From a virus, in the IMG/VR virus record IMGVR_UViG_3300030002_000003, positions 29,236 to 93,235 of that record: a stretch of 64,000 nucleotides of DNA. One strand, given 5' to 3'. The translations under genes were made by a program, and so were the position numbers. The notes beneath the pieces were generated by a model. The model saw nothing but the letters and a program-made list of their open reading frames with translations, ran no database searches and was not told the DNA's origin. The first letter of the stretch is position 1; each line of letters begins with the position of its first letter. Shown piece after piece: positions 50,433 to 59,820 of this stretch.

Positions 50433-50867
50433 CTAATTTCGGCATTTTGTTGCTAATGATTGCCAATGTCTGAATCCAGTATTTCCATTTAATGGATCTT
50501 TTGCGTTTTGCCATAAGAACGCCCTTTTTATTACTAAGCCTGTTGATTTATCTTTTAAAATCAATTCCAGTCTTGTGTCTAAAGCTCCTTGATGTTTCAT
50601 TTCAGCTAATAATGCATGTTTAATACCAAGTCTTAGTAGCTCTTTCTCTACTTCTGGTTGGAATTTGACACATACTGATTTAACCGGCTTAATTGTTATT
50701 ATCTTTTCGTAGGTTGGACATAAATGACCATGATGAGCTCCCCATCCACGATTACAATTCATGCAGAGTTCTCCTGTTCCTGGATGTGGCCCATTGTTCT
50801 CTCTTTGATCTGGATACATTTTAAACAATGTAGCTCCCCTTGGTACTGTAATTACTTGTTTTGCCAT
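50433..50867 (-). CDS. Cys/His-motif protein fused to a FxW...W family domain
   Basis: CMNC...HHGHLC, then KFQPEVEKELLRL...AFLWQNA...GFRHW. Confidence 0.65.
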   Translation of the reverse strand: MAKQVITVPRGATLFKMYPDQRENNGPHPGTGELCMNCNRGWGAHHGHLCPTYEKIITIKPVKSVCVKFQPEVEKELLRLGIKHALLAEMKHQGALDTRLELILKDKSTGLVIKRAFLWQNAKDPLNGNTGFRHWQSLATKCRN

Positions 50868-51146
50868 ATAAATTGATTTTAAGGCGTTAATATATAGAAT
50901 TGATACAATGTATCGCTTGAAAGTATAAAGTGGCTTAGAATGGCTTAAAATAGCTATTAGGGCTATATTATACTCATTCTTTCTAAAGTGTGGTATGTGT
51001 GGGTAGTGTGATAATGGTCAATAAGAGATAGTCTAACAAATTCATCCACATTTCATCATAATTTGCATTGAAAATTCTCAATCTTTTTCAATTTTCTCCC
51101 TAATATTACCCACACTATATGTAAAAGTTTAAATAATCATCCCAGC

Positions 51147-51190
51147 AAAGGAATTGAGTAGCTAGCCGAAGCCAACTACTCAATCTTTTG
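51147..51190. terminator. Hairpin/terminator
   Basis: ATTGAGTAG/CTACTCAAT stem immediately after the stop of 51199-51702. Confidence 0.55.
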
Positions 51191-51198
51191 CACTAATC

Positions 51199-51702
51199 TT
51201 ACGGATTCAGAGCGTCAACTACCACTGCTGGTGCTACTACGGATTCTGTTACAGGAGGATTTGGTGCTGTGTACGTACTTGGCTCGTTGTTCACGGGAAC
51301 AATGTACATCATTTGGTCAACAATGCGTTCTGCAATTGCACGACCTGATTCCAATGGCAGTTTTGTCTCATAGTCAGTTTTCACTAACACGCGCATAGAG
51401 GTATGAATACCATCGCGAACCGTACCATCATCTGTCTTTGTTTTGTGAGGCTTCAATCCCTCAATGATTTGATACTCGGCTGAATATTCCAAAGGGAATT
51501 TAACCGAACCTGTACCTTCAATTACTGAGCGATAAAACTCAATTTCAAGTGGTTCAAGGAAGAATAATACTGTATGAGCTTGCGCACCACGTGGAATTGG
51601 CTCCCACATTTTCACTACTGCTTCTACATACTCTTCGCCAGCATTCTGTTTTGCATCTGCCTTAATCTTTTTGATTTGTGCAGAAATAATGTTAAATTTC
51701 AT
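51199..51702 (-). CDS. Hypothetical protein
   Basis: 167-aa ORF. Confidence 0.7.
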   Translation of the reverse strand: MKFNIISAQIKKIKADAKQNAGEEYVEAVVKMWEPIPRGAQAHTVLFFLEPLEIEFYRSVIEGTGSVKFPLEYSAEYQIIEGLKPHKTKTDDGTVRDGIHTSMRVLVKTDYETKLPLESGRAIAERIVDQMMYIVPVNNEPSTYTAPNPPVTESVVAPAVVVDALNP

Positions 51703-52011
51703 AAAGCGTTTATTATTTTAAGGGTAAATAATTGATTTCTTGCCATTCTATTGCAACTCTTCTTAACGGGAGCCTGACGCTTCATAAAAAAAGTCTATAA
51801 TCTCGCTCTACTGGTCGGCTATATGCTGCTCTATGGAGCTTTATTAGTCACATCTATGCAATATATCATCTACCAATAGATAGTAGCTTAGAGGCCATTT
51901 AAACTACATCTACACGCAATATAGAGTGCATGCACGAGAGAGGTACGATACTCGAGTGCATTGTTAGTAAAACAATAACCCTACTTGGCATGTAGCCTTT
52001 CGGGTTAGTCG

Positions 52012-52299
52012 TCAATACTCTTTGACTATTACATGAGACTGTATTGCCACTGAGTCAACAATTACATCTTCATATAACTGATTCTCAATTTCAAATATCT
52101 GGTCCTTAGCATCATCTAGTGATACAGCACTGATTTGTAGATGCTTATTCTCATCCTGTTCTACCATTTCACCTTTGTCGTTTTGTACATACGTATTGTA
52201 TATTACATAATAACGTTCAGTCTTAGTTATTTGATACAGCCCGAACAATACTGCAAATCCTAATACTATAGATAGTATTAATTCTTTCTTTTTAAACAT
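52012..52299 (-). CDS. Membrane-anchored hypothetical protein
   Basis: N-terminal TM helix LILSIVLGFAVLFGLY. Confidence 0.65.
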   Translation of the reverse strand: MFKKKELILSIVLGFAVLFGLYQITKTERYYVIYNTYVQNDKGEMVEQDENKHLQISAVSLDDAKDQIFEIENQLYEDVIVDSVAIQSHVIVKEY

Positions 52300-52386
52300 A
52301 TAGATTGATTTTAAATGATTAATTAGCTAAGCAGCAATAGCGTCTTTTACCAAATCAATGGCAATTGAGGCTACTGCTGCATAACA

Positions 52387-52719
52387 TTATCTTCTATCCT
52401 CTACTGCATCAGTTACGATAATTACCGTATCCATGGTATACTTAACATAGACAGAATCTGGAATGTCTTTAGTCAATGTTCTTTCTGCATCATACCTATC
52501 TTTGGCGTAGGTATAACTCTCTACAGTTAAAGAGTCAGCAAAGGTCATAGAACATCTCCATAAAGGCTTATGCTCAACCCTTGTAGGTATCACATGATTC
52601 ATTGCTTTAGCACGTTTGCCTGATTCGGACTGGCATGACGTAGCAACAAAGCAGAACAATAAGGCAAGTCCAGCAATAATAGCGAACTTAATAACATTAG
52701 AACGATTGAACAGTTTCAT
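52387..52719 (-). CDS. Putative lipoprotein
   Basis: Signal peptide with lipobox ATS-C followed by QSES. Confidence 0.65.
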   Translation of the reverse strand: MKLFNRSNVIKFAIIAGLALLFCFVATSCQSESGKRAKAMNHVIPTRVEHKPLWRCSMTFADSLTVESYTYAKDRYDAERTLTKDIPDSVYVKYTMDTVIIVTDAVEDRR

Positions 52720-53323
52720 ATAGATTGATTTTAAATGAATATTAATGGATAAAGCCTTTTGAGTCCATGCTTGGGGACTAGGTATACGAACCCTATTGAC
52801 ACGTCTTACGTTATACAGACGATATATTATGAGTCTATTACACAGCAGTCATATGCATTCGGCCTAAGCTCCATTCATTAAATGATACACGCGTAATAGA
52901 CTATTGTATGTTCTATTCTTGCAAATGGGAGCGTGATTGGCATTGCCTCTACTGCTACATAATATAAAGGTTGGCCTATATACAATGTAGGAAGGTATCG
53001 TGGCTGCGTTCCAGTTATATCCATGTCTAAATGGATACCTAGGCTCTAGCTCTGCATAACGTACTTGTAGCCACAACGAAAAGAGGATAATATATCATCA
53101 CGACATTAACGAGGAATATGGGTCAATCTGATTCGATTCTGCCCGACTGGGTGGGGGTATTCCATCCCGATTCTGACTACCGGGGGCTTGACGGAGACAG
53201 GTTAGCTCATGCATATATACGACCCATTTTAAAAATTTACTAAAAAAATTTCCAAAAAACCCCCATAAACACTCACTTTCCTGAGATATTAGTTGTATTT
53301 TGCGTAAATATTTGCATTCTGAC

Positions 53324-53351
53324 TAAAACCTTTTCAATATATATACGTTAT
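53324..53351 (+). promoter_or_regulatory. ECF-type promoter P1 (TAAAAC-N16-CGTTAT)
   Basis: AAC at 53327-53329 and CGTT at 53346-53349; same geometry at three other sites. Confidence 0.65.
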
Positions 53352-53359
53352 ACACTATG

Positions 53360-53640
53360 ATACTGGGACATACCATATGACCAATCGCCCTCAAGTAACC
53401 AGTAGGGGTTAGACATCGGATTGTAGTTTCCTAAAGGAAATGAGTTTTCTCCGGTAGTATCGAAAGGGATCTAGTAAGAATTAAGTGCCGCGGGCTACTA
53501 TCAATAATATGATGTGTAGATAAGAAGGAGAGAATGCGACCAGCGGGTGGGTGTAGGCGAAAGCTGACGTACAGACTTAATGATGAGGGGTTTTGAAAAC
53601 CATGCCGAAAGATGGTCCGGCTTTTTCAAGGGGAAAACTA
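53360..53640 (+). ncRNA. Candidate structured RNA downstream of P1
   Basis: GATACT/AGTATC closing stem, CCCT/AGGG, TTTCC TAAA GGAAA, GGC GAAA GCT and TTGAAAA/TTTTCAA; no ORF. Confidence 0.45.
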
Positions 53641-53671
53641 TGTTTAATTATTAAGGTATTAGATAGTATAT

Positions 53672-54013
53672 ATGTTATTAAAATGTATTGACAATGAATC
53701 TTTATTTAACTCGAGGCTTAATAAAGCACCCGAACGTATGGATTTGTTTACTAAAAGAGGTATAAAACTATGTACTGGTATTAATAGGCTAGTGGAGTTA
53801 AATAAGCGTTTGTTCATAGAGACCCCTATAAAGAATGTGTATATGGAAAACATGCACAAGGATGGCACTAGGCTGACTCCTGAGGGCCTAGAAGTAGAGT
53901 CGAGGGATAGACAGATCAGGAATATTAAAGTGGTCTTAAAAGAGCTTAAAACAAGCCAGAGGATTATTGGCATGGTATACATTAGGCTAAATGGTTTGTA
54001 TATTATTGAGTAG
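53672..54013 (+). CDS. Hypothetical protein
   Basis: First plus-strand ORF after the divergence point. Confidence 0.55.
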   Translation: MLLKCIDNESLFNSRLNKAPERMDLFTKRGIKLCTGINRLVELNKRLFIETPIKNVYMENMHKDGTRLTPEGLEVESRDRQIRNIKVVLKELKTSQRIIGMVYIRLNGLYIIE

Positions 54014-54016
54014 TAA

Positions 54017-54045
54017 TGTAAACAAAGTTTAATATTATACGTTAT
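54017..54045 (+). promoter_or_regulatory. ECF-type promoter P2 (TGTAAAC-N16-CGTTAT)
   Basis: AAC at 54021-54023 and CGTT at 54040-54043; ATG at 54053. Confidence 0.65.
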
Positions 54046-54052
54046 AGTATAT

Positions 54053-54624
54053 ATGGTAGTCAAGTTTAATAAGAAGGATCAGAAGATTCCATTCAATAGA
54101 ATAGAAAGGGATGAGAAGTTAGATATTCAATTTGAAGGAGGTTTAAAGAAACTAAAAGAGAAGGCTGCTACCAAAAGGATATTAGAGCACACTAAGAGCT
54201 TTTAATGAGTAACACAGATAGGTGCCCTTGTCACGACATTTACAAGACCAATAAGACTATCAAAAAGAAACCAATACCTTTCGAGGAGTATCACAGAGAT
54301 AGGGTGACTAAGTTAAAGTTATTAAAGAATATATTATGTTAGGAAGAGAAATTGATAACGATGCATTAGATGGATACTCGACAATCGATAGCTGGCAAAA
54401 TGCTAACGGACGAGGCTTTTGGGGAAATCCAACGACAGGCTTTATAGATGACTGTAATGCAAATGATTAACGAGTATGCGTACTGTAGTGCGTGCAAGAA
54501 GATGCATTCTAAATATGATGATGATTGCATAGAATTAAAAAAGAATATTTCCAGAGAAGGATATAAGGCATGTGCCGAAAGCCTGACAATGGCATGTATA
54601 TTACACAGAAATAAAAATAAATAA
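54053..54624 (+). CDS. Chain of four small coupled ORFs (54053-54205, 54205-54342, 54336-54470, 54463-54624)
   Basis: Each start overlaps the previous ORF end; 50, 45, 44 and 53 aa. Confidence 0.55.
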
Positions 54625-54625
54625 T

Positions 54626-55090
54626 ATGATTGAGAATAACGTTGAAGAAGTAGTAGTAGAAGAAGTAGCCCAAGAGCAATCAGTCAATGATACTGTTATT
54701 GAGAACATGGACAATCGAACATTGGCTAATGTAGTAGCTGATAAATTAGAATATGATTTTGCAACGCTAATATTAGTTAAACCTATGCCAGTAGAGATGA
54801 CATTTAAGACATTAACTGTTCCTGAGGATTCAGGAGAGAAAAGTGAAGATGGTGAAGCTATTATGCAAATGACTATTAAAGAAGTAGAAACGGAATCTTT
54901 ATTTAGAAAAGGAGTGGTACTGTCAATACCCTTAAGCCTTCAGAAACTTAAAGAGAATGGAACATCAACTGGTATTGAATATAACATAGGAGATACTATT
55001 GTTTATCCAAGTAAACGCTCTATGGATTTTGATTTATTTAAAGATTCTGCATTAGTTGCTCCGTTCGAAGTAATCGCCAAACTTAAATAA
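54626..55090 (+). CDS. GroES-like co-chaperonin
   Basis: ILVKP...KGVVLSI...IGDTIVY...EVIAKL pattern. Confidence 0.65.
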   Translation: MIENNVEEVVVEEVAQEQSVNDTVIENMDNRTLANVVADKLEYDFATLILVKPMPVEMTFKTLTVPEDSGEKSEDGEAIMQMTIKEVETESLFRKGVVLSIPLSLQKLKENGTSTGIEYNIGDTIVYPSKRSMDFDLFKDSALVAPFEVIAKLK

Positions 55091-55091
55091 T

Positions 55092-55340
55092 ATGGAAAAC
55101 GAAAAAGAGATTTTAATACTTCCATCTTATTATCAGATAGGAGACGAGGTAGCGTATATCGCTTTCGATTATAACGAAAGGATTAATGATTCAACTGAAA
55201 AAAAGGAAATGTCAGGTGTAGTGACTAGAGTTATCTTTACAAAAGCAAAAGTGAGATATACTATTCTAGACGATGCTACTGGGTATACATTCGATGTAAT
55301 TTCAGATGATATTATTTATCCAGAGGAATTGGTAGCATAA
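55092..55340 (+). CDS. Hypothetical small beta-barrel protein
   Basis: YQIGDEVAY...GVVTRV pattern. Confidence 0.6.
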   Translation: MENEKEILILPSYYQIGDEVAYIAFDYNERINDSTEKKEMSGVVTRVIFTKAKVRYTILDDATGYTFDVISDDIIYPEELVA

Positions 55341-55813
55341 TGGACAAAAGTGTAATACATATATATAGTGACGGAGCTTGCTCTGGAAATCCTGGTCCAG
55401 GAGGCTACGCTGCTGTAATATATATGAAATCTGGTAATATATGTGTATGTGGGTCAAGCGAAGATACCACTAACAATAGGATGGAGCTCACAGGGTTCCT
55501 AAATGGAGTTGGAACTGCATTAATTAATAAATCAGAGGAGGAATATAAAATAGTCGTACATACAGACTCAAAGTATGTCGAGAATGCTATAAATTGCGGA
55601 TGGTTAAACAAGTGGGCCAAAAAGAACTATGACAAAGTAAAGAACGTTGATCTATGGGAGATGGTATTTAAGATACTTGACTCTAGGAATACAAATATTG
55701 AAGTGGTCTGGTGTAAAGGGCACTCTGGAGTAATTCAGAACGAACTAGCAGATAAGTTTGCTGTAGTAGCAATGAATGAACGATTAAAAGAAGGTACAAT
55801 TATAGAGATTTAG
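55340..55813 (+). CDS. rnhA: Ribonuclease HI
   Basis: YSDGACSGNPGPGG, TNNRMEL, TDSKYV, KNVDLW, KGHSG and NELAD. Confidence 0.95.
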   Translation: MDKSVIHIYSDGACSGNPGPGGYAAVIYMKSGNICVCGSSEDTTNNRMELTGFLNGVGTALINKSEEEYKIVVHTDSKYVENAINCGWLNKWAKKNYDKVKNVDLWEMVFKILDSRNTNIEVVWCKGHSGVIQNELADKFAVVAMNERLKEGTIIEI

Positions 55814-55831
55814 TTATTTGTTTGTATTTAG

Positions 55832-55867
55832 ATAGGCTTGCTGTTAATTCAGTAGGCCTATTTTTTT
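55832..55867 (+). terminator. Intrinsic terminator
   Basis: TAGGCTTGCTG/CAGTAGGCCTA stem followed by T7. Confidence 0.8.
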
Positions 55868-55887
55868 ATAAAATAATTACATTAGCC

Positions 55888-55915
55888 TACAACCTTTTCC
55901 AATTATTTACGTTTA
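55888..55915 (+). promoter_or_regulatory. ECF-type promoter P3 (TACAAC-N16-CGTTTA)
   Basis: AAC at 55891-55893 and CGTT at 55910-55913; directly after a terminator. Confidence 0.7.
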
Positions 55916-55961
55916 GTATAATATAGGAAGTCATCCTGTAAATAATATTACATAGAAAATT

Positions 55962-56471
55962 ATGAATAACATTAAAACAGTAAAAGTAATAAGTCAATTA
56001 ACTGGACTTGAGGTGGGAGATATTTTAACTAGAAAAGATAATCAATCTCCATTTGAGTTGTTAGTTGAAACATGTACTGAAACTTACTCAGCTAAAAGAT
56101 ATATTGTCCTTTCAGAAGAGTTATTGAATCACGACGAGTTCAAGGCTATTGAATGGTTTGTTGAAAAACCTCTTACCAATAGACAACGAATCGAAAAATT
56201 AGAAGGTCAATTGAAAGACGCTGAGGAAAAAATGGAACAAGGTCAGAAGAATTATACTGCGGTCCTAAACGAGAATGAAAAATTACTTGCATTGCTTACT
56301 AAGATAGACAAGCGAATTCAATACAAGCGAGATGAGTTTTCAAAGAAAGTTCAAGAGTTAGACAAAGAATTGGCTGATAAAATATTATGTGGAGAACGTA
56401 TCGAGTGGGCTGACGAAGCACTTACAGTATATGTTAATATGTTAGAATTACTTGATAAAATAGTAGAGTAA
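55962..56471 (+). CDS. Hypothetical coiled-coil protein
   Basis: 169-aa ORF. Confidence 0.7.
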   Translation: MNNIKTVKVISQLTGLEVGDILTRKDNQSPFELLVETCTETYSAKRYIVLSEELLNHDEFKAIEWFVEKPLTNRQRIEKLEGQLKDAEEKMEQGQKNYTAVLNENEKLLALLTKIDKRIQYKRDEFSKKVQELDKELADKILCGERIEWADEALTVYVNMLELLDKIVE

Positions 56472-56474
56472 TAT

Positions 56475-56861
56475 ATGAATAAATTCATAAAGACGGTTCC
56501 ACTAAGTAGCGTTAATTACGAATTCTTAAGAAGTCTAAATGGATTGCTTGGACTTACAGATAGGGAGATTGATCTTCTCTCTATCTTCCTTGACCTAGAA
56601 AATAGAGACTCAAAAGCAAAAGGACAGCGTAAATCAATAGATGGAACTGCTAATAGAAAAGAGATAATGCGTATAACTACAATTACAAAGGATAACCTTA
56701 GTAGATATATAAAGAGACTCAAGGCTAAGAGGATTATAGTCAGGGATTATAAAGAGGACATAAATGTACTGAACAAAGCAATACTTCCAGTTATAATAGG
56801 AAATAAAGTAGTTCAAATAACAATGATTTTAAAAGTAAAAGAAGATGAAATTCAAAACTAA
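56475..56861 (+). CDS. Winged-HTH DNA-binding protein
   Basis: LTDREIDLL...ITKDNLSRYIKRLKAKRII. Confidence 0.6.
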   Translation: MNKFIKTVPLSSVNYEFLRSLNGLLGLTDREIDLLSIFLDLENRDSKAKGQRKSIDGTANRKEIMRITTITKDNLSRYIKRLKAKRIIVRDYKEDINVLNKAILPVIIGNKVVQITMILKVKEDEIQN

Positions 56862-57093
56862 CGAGGGGCTAGAAAAAAGAAACAATAATTTTATGCATAG
56901 ATTATTTTATAGAACCCCAGAGTCTACATACGAACTGCATGGAGATTTAAAGAAATCAATAGGATATAATTTTGAGTATCCAGATGCATATACAAATAGA
57001 GATATAGAGATTTTTGAAACACCAGTACGTAGAATTACTGTATACACAAAACCTAGATGCTATCAAAGAACACTGATATATATAATCGATTAG
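56845..57093 (+). CDS. Hypothetical protein
   Basis: 82-aa overlapping ORF. Confidence 0.55.
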   Translation: MKFKTNEGLEKRNNNFMHRLFYRTPESTYELHGDLKKSIGYNFEYPDAYTNRDIEIFETPVRRITVYTKPRCYQRTLIYIID

Positions 57094-57317
57094 CAGAAAA
57101 GTATGGCATACATAAAGCTGTAATATCAATGATATGTAATCATCCGTTTATATTTGCTTCCAGAAGGATAGCTAATCCAGATGATGAAAAGTCATTTATG
57201 TGTGCATACTTATTTAAGATTAAATTAAAGAAAAGATTCCACAATAAAAAAAGAATGGTATATGACGAAAGAGAAACTAAAAAAAGTGACATTGAATCAT
57301 GCGATAAAAGCATTTGA
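57057..57317 (+). CDS. HU/IHF-like small DNA-binding protein
   Basis: IYNRLAEKYGIHKAVI...AYLFKIKLKKR resembles the HU fold. Confidence 0.45.
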   Translation: MLSKNTDIYNRLAEKYGIHKAVISMICNHPFIFASRRIANPDDEKSFMCAYLFKIKLKKRFHNKKRMVYDERETKKSDIESCDKSI

Positions 57318-57432
57318 TTACGCAGTCTGTAATGTAAATTGCAAAGGCAACGCAGCTAAGTCACATGAATGTATTACTAAGAAAGCGGAGTGTCAGACTA
57401 GAAAGAACTTTATTAAAAAGTTAGAAGTTTAA
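57262..57432 (+). CDS. Small Cys-rich protein (56 aa)
   Basis: MTKEKLKK...CNVNC...C...C...LEV; stop overlaps the next ATG. Confidence 0.5.
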   Translation: MTKEKLKKVTLNHAIKAFDYAVCNVNCKGNAAKSHECITKKAECQTRKNFIKKLEV

Positions 57433-57695
57433 TGGGTAAGGATATTTTAGCATATATAGATTTGGATGGATATCCAATTGAAACTATATATGATCAGAAT
57501 ATAATAGACATTCCAAAACCTAATCAAATAAGTGAGGATGGTAAATTTAGATTCGTTAGCAGCAGAAAACAATATTTTGGAATAGTATATATATGGAGAA
57601 TAATAGAACAGAAGGAGACAAAAATTACTACTCCTCAGTTGCAGATAAGCACAGAGACTGCAGTGACGGATACTGTTGCCACTTCGATTGCATAA
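57432..57695 (+). CDS. Hypothetical protein
   Basis: 87-aa ORF. Confidence 0.55.
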   Translation: MGKDILAYIDLDGYPIETIYDQNIIDIPKPNQISEDGKFRFVSSRKQYFGIVYIWRIIEQKETKITTPQLQISTETAVTDTVATSIA

Positions 57696-57734
57696 ACAAA
57701 TTGCCTAACGGTCAATGTTATTTAAAACCAGGAA

Positions 57735-58127
57735 ATGAAATTAATTAATAATCCGCCAGGAGTAAAGATAGACAGGCTAAATTTTAGCGAATCGGCCTAT
57801 ACAAAAGACGATAAACGATGGGACGCTGCAACTCTAGTAGAGTGGTGTAAAGAGAAAGGATATAAAGAGTTTGATCTGCCATTAGCCGGAATAGCTTTAA
57901 ATTACCTGCCATTTTGCGTAGAGACGTTTGAAGATTTTATATGGCAGATGGATAGATGTACTCACTCGGATTTAAAGTATCCAATTATACTAGACAATCT
58001 TGGAGTAATATGCGATGGATATCATAGAGTAGCAAAAGCTATACTAGAGAAGAAGTCATCAATAAAAGCAATTAGAATAGAAGAAATGCCTAACCCAAGC
58101 GGTTATAAAAAAGAAACAAAAGAATAA
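57735..58127 (+). CDS. ParB/sulfiredoxin N-terminal-like domain protein
   Basis: YPIILD...ICDGYHRVAKA. Confidence 0.7.
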   Translation: MKLINNPPGVKIDRLNFSESAYTKDDKRWDAATLVEWCKEKGYKEFDLPLAGIALNYLPFCVETFEDFIWQMDRCTHSDLKYPIILDNLGVICDGYHRVAKAILEKKSSIKAIRIEEMPNPSGYKKETKE

Positions 58128-58660
58128 TGATTGACATAAAGATTAAAAAATTAGACCCGAAAGCAGTAATACCATTTGCAGCTACAGAACATTCAGCAGG
58201 ATTAGATTTAACTGCAGTTAAGGTTGGCTTTAGCCACTCAGAGGATGGAGTTCCAGTATTGGTATATGATACGCAAATAGCAATGAAAATTCCAGAAGGA
58301 CATGTTGGGTTGTTGTTTCCTAGATCATCATTAGCGAATAAGTCTTTAAACATGACTAACTGTGTTGGGGTCGTAGATTGCGATTATGTTGGCAGTATTT
58401 TACTGAAATTTAAAGTAAATACAAATACTACGCCTGTCATTTACGTAGAGGGAGATAGGGTTGGACAGATAATTATAATGCCATACCCAAAAGTTAACTT
58501 TATAGAAGTGGATGAGTTGCCAGAAACCGAAAGAGGCGAAGGCGGTTATGGATCTACAGACAAAATTAAAGAGTCTGAAATCTTAAATGGAGAGATAGAA
58601 GAAACTAATGAAATTCCAGCTGATGCTGAAATACTAGAGAATGTTGAATTAATAAATTAA
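58127..58660 (+). CDS. dut: Trimeric dUTPase
   Basis: AGLDL, PRSS, GVVDCDYVG, RVGQ and RGEGGYGST. Confidence 0.95.
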   Translation: MIDIKIKKLDPKAVIPFAATEHSAGLDLTAVKVGFSHSEDGVPVLVYDTQIAMKIPEGHVGLLFPRSSLANKSLNMTNCVGVVDCDYVGSILLKFKVNTNTTPVIYVEGDRVGQIIIMPYPKVNFIEVDELPETERGEGGYGSTDKIKESEILNGEIEETNEIPADAEILENVELIN

Positions 58661-58671
58661 TAATAAATATC

Positions 58672-58722
58672 ATGGCTAAGAAACCTACTAAAAAACCAAT
58701 GGGTGGTGGCAAAAAATGCTAA
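58672..58722 (+). CDS. Basic micropeptide MAKKPTKKPMGGGKKC
   Basis: ATG 11 nt after the dut stop, behind an A-rich leader. Confidence 0.4.
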   Translation: MAKKPTKKPMGGGKKC

Positions 58723-58801
58723 CATGTATTACTGAATAATTATATACTGTGTGTTGGCCGTGACTATGTTTACGGCCGATATCACTAAAAAGAAAAAGTA
58801 A

Positions 58802-59344
58802 ATGAATTCAAAATTATTCGATATCCAAGCTGGAAAAGTTACCATACACGCAGACATGCTAGGTGTGCCTTCGTTTAAGGCAATATGGAACTCTACAGAA
58901 GATAAGGACTATGCTACTAACTTAATCTCTTACATAGTCTTAAAACACCATTATAGCTCACCATATGTAGAGAATATAGGTGATGAGAAGTATAGAGATG
59001 AGAAACTAAAGAAGGAATTATTTCCTGAAGGCTGGGTAGCATCAGAGGAAGTATTATATGCTGAAAGTACATTCTTAGAGTTTTCTAATACACTGCTAGT
59101 ACAATTACTTGATTCATGCAGACATTCTGTATATATCATAAGTACATACTTAAGAGACATGACAGTTAGCTCTATGGATATGAGAACAGTTAAAGAAGCT
59201 ATGGCAGCAATGTCTTCCCTTGATAAGGTAGTTAGGTCGTTAGACTCACTTACTAAACAAGTAAGAAGAGAGGATGTAGAAACTTCGAGAGTACAAGGTG
59301 GATCTGAAATAGGTCACTTTGAAATACCTAAATCTAGACAATGA
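58802..59344 (+). CDS. Hypothetical protein upstream of terminase
   Basis: 180-aa helical ORF; a small-terminase role is possible but unsupported. Confidence 0.7.
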   Translation: MNSKLFDIQAGKVTIHADMLGVPSFKAIWNSTEDKDYATNLISYIVLKHHYSSPYVENIGDEKYRDEKLKKELFPEGWVASEEVLYAESTFLEFSNTLLVQLLDSCRHSVYIISTYLRDMTVSSMDMRTVKEAMAAMSSLDKVVRSLDSLTKQVRREDVETSRVQGGSEIGHFEIPKSRQ

Positions 59345-59820
59345 TATCAAAGAACGTTAAAGTAAAGAATGCCAAGACTCATGAGTATGACGGGCAGAAA
59401 TTTAAGTCAGGGCTAGAGTTATTCTGCTACAAGCAACTAAAAGAGAATGGAATTGAGTTTACGTATCAGCCATCATCATACGTTCTTATAGCCAAGTTTA
59501 AGTCTCAGTTCAGATGCTATGAAGATACCGGAAAAATCACTAGAGACTCCAACAAGAAGATATTGTCATCTACAAAGAGGTTTGATTTAATAGAGAATGT
59601 TAGAGAAATAGCTTATACTCCAGACTTCCAAGCATTAGATGGTAGTTGGATTATAGAGACTAAAGGATTTGCTAATGATGCGTTTCCATTAAGGTGGAAG
59701 TTGTTCAAAGCAAAGTTAAATGAAATGAATTTCACTGGCATAGTAATGAAACCTGAAAGCCAGAAAGAAGTTCTACAATGCATTGATATTATAAAAGAAG
59801 AGTCATGTTGCCATTCATAG
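59341..59820 (+). CDS. PD-(D/E)XK endonuclease (T7 endonuclease I/DUF1064-like)
   Basis: YDGQKFKSGLE, YTPDF and IIETKG. Confidence 0.8.
   Translation: MISKNVKVKNAKTHEYDGQKFKSGLELFCYKQLKENGIEFTYQPSSYVLIAKFKSQFRCYEDTGKITRDSNKKILSSTKRFDLIENVREIAYTPDFQALDGSWIIETKGFANDAFPLRWKLFKAKLNEMNFTGIVMKPESQKEVLQCIDIIKEESCCHS

Noticed and set aside
52864-54063. Minus-strand ORFs 52864-53076 and 53659-54063
   Set aside because: The first has a TTG start and no typical leader; the second shadows 53672-54013 and opposes promoters P1 and P2.
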